Positions 58,550 through 64,000 of a stretch of DNA of 64,000 nucleotides are shown in pieces. Where the stretch lies: assembly GCA_964434195.1 (NCBI GenBank), contig CAYSUI010000001.1, positions 8,931 to 72,930 on the forward strand. Direction: 5' to 3'. Within the stretch, counting starts at the first letter, position 1, and every line of letters begins with the position of its first letter. The DNA is from an uncultured Candidatus Saccharibacteria bacterium (GTDB lineage Bacteria; Patescibacteriota; Doudnabacteria; UBA920). A program made the position numbers and the translations under genes. The notes below the pieces were generated by a model. The model was not told where the DNA came from. It did no database searches and saw only the letters and a program-made list of their open reading frames with translations.

Positions 58550-59779
58550 TTATTTCATTTTTTTCCTAATGAAGGCAGGAATATCCAATTCGTCGTCGTC
58601 TGCACCTGTATCCTGGGTTCTTGGCTGTTCTTTAGGTGGTATGGGCTCTATGGGCTTAGGGGTAAACAAAGGCCTTCTTACTTCCATTTTGGGCTCCTCG
58701 CGCTGAATAGGGGGAGGAGTTTGAACTGGAGGAGGAGTTGGTTGAGGGTTAAAAATACTTGGGCGTTTTGGTTCTTCTTTAAATTCTGGAAAAACAACTG
58801 GAGGACGTTTATTGGTTTCGTCGAAACCTGTGGCTATGACAGTAATCTTAATTTCGTCGTTTAGACTTTCGTCTATAACAGCACCGAATTTAACTTTGGC
58901 GTCTGGGTCTATGCTCTTTGTAATAACCTTTGCTGCTTCGTCTATTTCAAACATACCCAGGTCGCCACCACCGGTTATATTGAATAGCACACCTTTGGCA
59001 CCGTCTATTGCCAGCTCTAAAAGTGGGGAGTTTATAGCCTGCTTGGCGGCGTTCTCTGCCCTACCGTCACCACTTGCCCTACCTATACCCATGAGGGCTG
59101 TTCCTGCGTCTGCCATAATACTCCGCACATCTGCGAAGTCAGCGTTTACTATACCGTGGGTAGTTATAAGGTCTGAGATACCAGAAATACCTTGACGAAG
59201 CACTTCGTCTACGGTTTTAAATGCGTCTACCAGCGAGGTTTTCTTGTCTATTATCTGTAGTATTCGGTCGTTGTGAATAGATATAATAGCATCCACTTTG
59301 TCTTTTAAATTATCATAACCAACCTCTGAAATTTCTTTTCTCTTACTTCCTTCAAAAGTAAAAGGCTTGGTAACAACGGCAACTGTTAGTATTCCCCTAT
59401 TCTTAGCAAGTTCGGCAACAATTGGCGCAGCACCAGTACCAGTACCGCCACCAAGTCCACAAGTAATAAAAACCATATCGGCGTTACTGATAACTTCTTC
59501 AATTTCTTCCTGAGATTCTTCCGCTGCAGCCCGCCCGAGGTCTGGATTCATACCACTACCAAGACCCTTGGTAATTGTCTTACCAATGTGAACTTTTTTG
59601 TCTGAGTTGTTGTTATGGAGGGCCTGGGCGTCAGTATTTATTGATATAAATTCAACCCCACGAATTCCAAGCTCAGTCATCCGGTTGACGGCGTTTGTAC
59701 CAGAACCGCCTATACCGAGGACCTTAATTCGGGCGAATGTCTCGATTTTCGGTTTAACTTCCATAATGCTTTTTTTCAT
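58550..59779 (-). CDS. ftsZ: Cell-division GTPase FtsZ.
   Basis: [13 protein letters not shown], tubulin signature GGGTGTG, Pro-rich linker and conserved C-terminal DIPAFIRKK peptide. Confidence 0.95.
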   Translation of the reverse strand: MKKSIMEVKPKIETFARIKVLGIGGSGTNAVNRMTELGIRGVEFISINTDAQALHNNNSDKKVHIGKTITKGLGSGMNPDLGRAAAEESQEEIEEVISNADMVFITCGLGGGTGTGAAPIVAELAKNRGILTVAVVTKPFTFEGSKRKEISEVGYDNLKDKVDAIISIHNDRILQIIDKKTSLVDAFKTVDEVLRQGISGISDLITTHGIVNADFADVRSIMADAGTALMGIGRASGDGRAENAAKQAINSPLLELAIDGAKGVLFNITGGGDLGMFEIDEAAKVITKSIDPDAKVKFGAVIDESLNDEIKITVIATGFDETNKRPPVVFPEFKEEPKRPSIFNPQPTPPPVQTPPPIQREEPKMEVRRPLFTPKPIEPIPPKEQPRTQDTGADDDELDIPAFIRKKMK

Positions 59780-59844
59780 AAAAATAGTGTACGTAGTCTA
59801 CCATGAACCTACAAGTGCCACAACTCACCCGAAATTGCGACTGT

Positions 59845-61086
59845 CTAGGGAAGGAAAGACTTAAACCATTTACCTATTTTGTCGAAGGATGGACTACTAA
59901 ATGCGCTTTTTACTGAAGAAAAGCCTCCCGAGGAAAGATTGTTATATTTATTTCCCCACAGAACCAAACCACAAGCGGTAGAAAAAATTGGATCTTCGAC
60001 AATATCGATTACCGAACTGATCCCTTGTAGTTCACTAAAGCTAGTAGGGAGTCTTGTTTGAGTCTTTGCAAATTCTAAAATACCAGGGAGATGACTTCCT
60101 CCACCCGTAAGAACTATACCTGCTGGAAGCTTGCCATCTCGGTTAATCTTCTTTAGTTCTTTATTCACCATATCAAAAATCTCTTCTAACCTAGCCTCTA
60201 TAATTTCACTTACCTCAGCTCTTAGAACTTTTTCGTTTTCTTCCGGATCGAAAGCAGATAAGTCTACTTCCTCTCTTCGGTCAATATTTCGACTAATAGC
60301 ATTCCCTGCGTGGACTTTTATTCTTTCAGCGGTTTCAATAGTTGTTCTAAGACCTATAGCAATATCGTTGGTTATATGTTGCCCCCCAAGAGGAATAACT
60401 GCGCTATGAATGAGATTATTTTCTTCATAAACAGCTAGCGAGGAAGTCCCAGCCCCGAGATCTAGCAATGCAACACCTAGCTCTTTTTGGCGTTTACTCA
60501 GAACAGCAGTACTAGCTGCTAGTGGGGCCAAAACTAAATCGTCTACTTCTAAACCTGCTTGGGTAATTGCTCTGGAGAGGTTTTTAATAAAGGGTAAACC
60601 ACCATGAATAATAATAGTTTCCACTTCTAGGCGAATACCACTCATTCCGAGAGGGTCTTTTATACCAACTTGTCCATCAAGGGTAAAAGACTTAGGGATT
60701 ACATGAATAACTTCCCTGTTTGGTGGAATTGATATTGCTTGTGATGCGTCTATAACCCTAATGACATCGTTTTCGGTAATTTCACCATCTGCCCGCGAAA
60801 CAGCGATAACACCTCGGCTATCCATACAGGAAATATGACTACCACCAACCGAGACGGTAGCATGAGTAACCGGCACACCGGTCATGCGCTCTACTTTTTC
60901 AAGCGCACTAGATATTGAAGAAACTGCTTCTTCTATGTCGACAATAACACCTTTTCTCATTCCGGAAGCAATACTGCTCGCTGCTCCAACTACGCTCAAC
61001 CCCCCTTCGGGAGTGAGCTTTGCTTGGACAACGCGAATACTGTGCGTGCCAATATCGAGACCTACGATGTATTGTTCTTTAGCCAT
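59845..61086 (-). CDS. ftsA: Cell-division protein FtsA (actin-like ATPase).
   Basis: Actin-fold motifs GLDIGTHSIRVV, DLGAGTSSLAV and LTGGGSHLPG. Position upstream of ftsZ. Confidence 0.9.
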   Translation of the reverse strand: MAKEQYIVGLDIGTHSIRVVQAKLTPEGGLSVVGAASSIASGMRKGVIVDIEEAVSSISSALEKVERMTGVPVTHATVSVGGSHISCMDSRGVIAVSRADGEITENDVIRVIDASQAISIPPNREVIHVIPKSFTLDGQVGIKDPLGMSGIRLEVETIIIHGGLPFIKNLSRAITQAGLEVDDLVLAPLAASTAVLSKRQKELGVALLDLGAGTSSLAVYEENNLIHSAVIPLGGQHITNDIAIGLRTTIETAERIKVHAGNAISRNIDRREEVDLSAFDPEENEKVLRAEVSEIIEARLEEIFDMVNKELKKINRDGKLPAGIVLTGGGSHLPGILEFAKTQTRLPTSFSELQGISSVIDIVEDPIFSTACGLVLWGNKYNNLSSGGFSSVKSAFSSPSFDKIGKWFKSFLP

Positions 61087-61172
61087 TTAGTATTTGGGAT
61101 TAGCGACTTTTTGCGAGTGACTAGGAAATTTTAATAAAAACTTACTAGTCGCTTGCCACTATTCCCTTGAAT

Positions 61173-61616
61173 CTATTTTGTTAGTTTTTCTTTTAGGATT
61201 TTTGAGAGAACAGAACCGTCTGCTCCTGCACCAAAGTGAGCCTTGAGTAAGCCCATAGCTTTACCAAAGTCACTTGTAGTAAAGGAGTTTTCGCTGACAA
61301 TTTTTTCTACAAACACAGAGATTTCTTCTTCCGAGACTTGAGCTGGAAGAAATTTCATTAACACTTCTATTTCTTTATTTTCCTTTTCGGCTAATTCTGG
61401 ACGTGAACCATTTGTATAGACTTCAGCTGCATCTTTTCTTTTTTTTACTTCAGATTTAACAAGCGAAAGATAATCTTCTTCTGTAAGATCTGTTCCTTTG
61501 CTTATTTTTTCGTTTTGAATTCGTGTTTTTAACGCACGCAGTGTATCGGCCTCGAGAGCATTTCTGCTCTTTAAGGCCGATATTAACTGTTGTTCAATTT
61601 CTGTTAGATTTACCAT
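61173..61616 (-). CDS. yqeY: GatB/YqeY-domain protein.
   Basis: 147 aa with a typical YqeY helical pattern (..ISALK..ALKTR..EVYTNGSRPELAEKE..). Confidence 0.75.
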   Translation of the reverse strand: MVNLTEIEQQLISALKSRNALEADTLRALKTRIQNEKISKGTDLTEEDYLSLVKSEVKKRKDAAEVYTNGSRPELAEKENKEIEVLMKFLPAQVSEEEISVFVEKIVSENSFTTSDFGKAMGLLKAHFGAGADGSVLSKILKEKLTK

Positions 61617-61637
61617 CTATTTATTATACAGGTTTAT

Positions 61638-61694
61638 TTCCTGAAGCGTCCAAATTTTTTGACTACAATTTTACCCATTTTTTTCGCTTCTTCT
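61638..61694. repeat. 57-nt direct repeat, a duplicate (56/57) of the 3' end of rpsU (61796-61852), located 17 nt upstream of the yqeY start codon.
   Basis: Aligned by eye. One A/G difference. On the minus strand the copy would encode ..EEAKKMGKIVVKKFGRFRK*. Confidence 0.8.
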
Positions 61695-61791
61695 GCTATA
61701 TATCGCCATGAAATGTATTCATGGCTGGAAGTTTTAACTGGCAAAGCCAGATTAAAACTTGATATGTATATAGTTTTTAGAATTGATAATT

Positions 61792-62034
61792 TTACTTCCT
61801 GAAGCGTCCGAATTTTTTGACTACAATTTTACCCATTTTTTTCGCTTCTTCTCTTTCTTCACGGGCGACAGAGCGTCTTCTTGCGGCTGCTCTTAACAAA
61901 TTTCTACTTTTTCTGGGTTCGTAATAACGAGTTTTTCGCGCACGAATAAGCACACCGCTTTGTTGGATTTTGCGGTTAAAACGACGGAGCAGATTTTCGA
62001 ATGATTCGTTATCTTTTTTCTTTACTTCTACCAA
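61792..62034 (-). CDS. rpsU: Ribosomal protein S21 with a short basic C-terminal extension.
   Basis: VEVKKKDNESFENLLRRFNRKIQQSGVL..RYYEPRKSRNL matches the S21 pattern. Confidence 0.8.
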   Translation of the reverse strand: MVEVKKKDNESFENLLRRFNRKIQQSGVLIRARKTRYYEPRKSRNLLRAAARRRSVAREEREEAKKMGKIVVKKFGRFRK

Positions 62035-62215
62035 TTCAACTCACCTCTTTCTATTAGATTTACCTATATATAGGTAGTTATGATTATTAGGCTGGCAAAT
62101 TTCCTTGCCAGCCTTTTTATACTATAAAAAAATTGAGCGCTTTAGTCAAACTGGATTTTATGGTATCCTACTTTCCACATATCGAATTTTTCGACTAGTG
62201 GAAATTGGAGGAAAA

Positions 62216-62521
62216 ATGAGCAATACACTTACAATGAATCACTTAAGTGTTACTAAGGGACATATTGTAACATCATTCTCAACAGAATCTGGGGATGACC
62301 GAGCAGAGCTTGCCACGTTGATAGATGATTGGTTAGTTAAAAAGTATGCAATTTTTATTCGTGTTGGGGAAGATGACCGAATAGTGAAGGGGTACGACTT
62401 TCAAAACAATGAATGGAAATTGCAGGGAGTAAGTACAGGAAGGGGTAGGAAAAAGACTGAAACGGTTTCAGCCGAAAGAACTGGCGAAATAACTGTGGTA
62501 CCACCTGTTTCGGGAGGTTGA
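62216..62521 (+). CDS. Hypothetical protein (101 aa), first gene of a two-gene plus-strand pair.
   Basis: GGAGGAAAAATG RBS. In frame with the listed ORF. Confidence 0.45.
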   Translation: MSNTLTMNHLSVTKGHIVTSFSTESGDDRAELATLIDDWLVKKYAIFIRVGEDDRIVKGYDFQNNEWKLQGVSTGRGRKKTETVSAERTGEITVVPPVSGG

Positions 62522-62526
62522 TTTAG

Positions 62527-63261
62527 ATGGAGACCCAAGGACTGGAAGGTATTGAAAAAAGCCTGGCAGAAATTAATGTTTATCATGGACTTCCGCTTGG
62601 AATTGGATCGGTAGATATTACCTCCGATTCGGAATTGGTCAGATTCCTTGGAAAAAAAATTAAAGAACTGAACAATCCTGAAGGGGTAGTAGACGAAGAA
62701 GTAACCCAAGAAGAATATCCGGAATGGAAAACGGTAAATACCTGGGTAATGAGCCGGAAGCGCAATGGGAAATGCTACCAGGTTTGGATTCAGAGAAACA
62801 AAATAACTGGCAAAACCAGATTAGTTAAAGAAAGTAGATTTTCACCGGATAAGGATAAACTAGAGTTCTTTATGATGAGTCTTTATAGAAGAATTCAGTT
62901 TACTTTACCGGAAGCTGAGATCACTGCTAGAGCAAAGCTGGAAAGTTATCTTAGCGAAAGCCAGAAAACAATGCTCATGCTGACCGGTTCGTTCTGTGAA
63001 GTTGGTAGAAGTGGAGTGGTGTACTACTTAAGGGAGAATAGACCGACACTCGCATACAGACCTTACCCTGACAAAAATGAGGGAGCTTTCTTATGCGCGT
63101 TGTGTCTACACCCTCTTGGTTACTACACCCGAACATGGGTTGGAGTACTAAGCCCTTCTGATGAGCTTTTGTCCCACCTGTTGTTTATTCGGGCGGATGA
63201 GTATGGATTTTGGAAAAAAGCTAACCATATATCATACCGGGAAACCGAAGCTGGGATATAA
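62527..63261 (+). CDS. Hypothetical protein (244 aa), 5 nt after the previous gene.
   Basis: RBS ggaggttgatttagATG. Confidence 0.5.
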   Translation: METQGLEGIEKSLAEINVYHGLPLGIGSVDITSDSELVRFLGKKIKELNNPEGVVDEEVTQEEYPEWKTVNTWVMSRKRNGKCYQVWIQRNKITGKTRLVKESRFSPDKDKLEFFMMSLYRRIQFTLPEAEITARAKLESYLSESQKTMLMLTGSFCEVGRSGVVYYLRENRPTLAYRPYPDKNEGAFLCALCLHPLGYYTRTWVGVLSPSDELLSHLLFIRADEYGFWKKANHISYRETEAGI

Positions 63262-63515
63262 AAGTAAAAAACCACAGAACGAGCTTGCTGGTTCGGGCAA
63301 TATGCTTAAATAACACACTTTGCATGGGTCTTATAAGAAGTCAAATTATGACTTCTTTTTTTTGAGCCTGATATCGCTAACAAGGATTAATCTCATTGCT
63401 TGAAAGATTTGCATTAACCACACTCAGAGAGTTTACATTTTCGTAAAATGTTAAATTATGTTTTATCAATACTTAAAAACAGGTTAAATACCTGTTTTAG
63501 TTTTTTAACTTTCTA

Positions 63516-63851
63516 CTACTCACCCATTTGTTTCCCACCCAGCACATGGAGGTGCAAGTGTGGTATCACCTGACCACCTTCCTTACCTACGTTATACATT
63601 AACTTATAGCCTGTATCCCCGATCCCCTTTTCATCGGCGATCCTATTAGCAGTGAATATCATGTTTGCAAGTAAGTTTCTATGTTTTTCTTCCACATTGT
63701 GCGCTGAAGGGATATGTTCTTTTGGGATAACCAAAAAATGCACTGGGGCTTTAGGCAAGATATCTGGAACAACATAGAGCTCGTCGTTTTCCATAATAAT
63801 ATTAGACTCTTGTTCGTGTTTTCCTATTCTACAAAATACACAATTATCCAT
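63516..63851 (-). CDS. HIT-family (histidine triad) nucleotide hydrolase. Start set at MDNCVFCRI.
   Basis: HLHLHVLGG histidine triad and CVFCRI N-terminal motif. Confidence 0.85.
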   Translation of the reverse strand: MDNCVFCRIGKHEQESNIIMENDELYVVPDILPKAPVHFLVIPKEHIPSAHNVEEKHRNLLANMIFTANRIADEKGIGDTGYKLMYNVGKEGGQVIPHLHLHVLGGKQMGE

Positions 63852-64000
63852 AGTAGTTAATAAAGTTATCAAGTTTATAAAGTTCATATAGTTTTTATTC
63901 TTGTAGTTTAATTTATAAACCTTAAGAACTAGATGAACTTTTCGTTTAGACTACTTACCTAATCTTTTCTTTACTTCGTTTACAATTTTATCATAGCTGA

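Noticed and set aside
61523-61711. 62-aa plus-strand ORF spanning the yqeY start and the duplicated rpsU fragment.
   Set aside because: Overlaps a real gene start and a repeat. No RBS. The translation is junk-like.
1-64000. Genome-wide UGA reassignment (genetic code 25), considered because of the in-frame TGA at 515-517.
   Set aside because: All long ORFs (up to 1386 codons) are uninterrupted under the standard code. A single TGA is more consistent with a pseudogene, an error or a local recoding event.
1-64000. CRISPR arrays, rRNA operons, and IS or transposase genes.
   Set aside because: No spacer-repeat arrays and no rRNA-like conserved blocks. The only repeat families seen are the 36-38-bp GC palindromes, an 18-bp tandem duplication and a 57-nt duplication.

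Overview
AT-rich, gene-dense bacterial window with most genes on the minus strand. The gene content looks like a reduced genome of the Patescibacteria/CPR type, but that placement is inference. Confident housekeeping calls are the groES-groEL operon with a CIRCE-like operator, ftsA-ftsZ, hisS, ndk, a cyclophilin PPIase, comEC, bifunctional rel (RelA/SpoT), fpg/mutM, a NUDIX hydrolase, a class II (B12-type) ribonucleotide reductase with nrdR directly upstream, a BtuR/CobA-type corrinoid adenosyltransferase, rpsU, yqeY and a HIT protein. From about 9.3 to 27.1 kb there is a cell-surface/glycan island: a TPM-domain protein, a 1386-aa secreted protein (two glucose/sorbosone-dehydrogenase-like propellers, one PKD and three PA14 domains), GT-C membrane glycosyltransferases, a pyruvyl transferase, GT4 and GT2 enzymes, and a 1348-aa fusion of a processive GT2, a MOP-flippase-like membrane block and a GT4. 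The least ordinary features are these. (1) A 36-38 bp GC-cored perfect palindrome (AGACTAGTAAAACGCGCG..CGCGCGTTTTACTAGTCT) is present four times: three copies bracket two small genes at 49.2-50.2 kb and one sits at 1.25 kb. (2) One of the bracketed genes encodes a short PaaX-like protein (wHTH plus a Cas2-like fold). (3) A plus-strand five-gene island at 27.4-30.8 kb carries a STAS protein and two tandem paralogs, each gene with its own promoter and terminator. (4) A wHTH-nucleotidyltransferase is translationally coupled to an upstream 75-aa single-TM protein. (5) A roughly 97-nt GC-rich structured element at 52.3 kb lies in otherwise AT-rich DNA. (6) nrdR and the HIT gene share a bipartite upstream motif. 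(7) A 57-nt duplicate of the rpsU 3' end sits just upstream of yqeY. (8) A single in-frame TGA splits a metallopeptidase-like reading frame at 26-895. No CRISPR array, rRNA gene, clear tRNA gene or transposase was seen.
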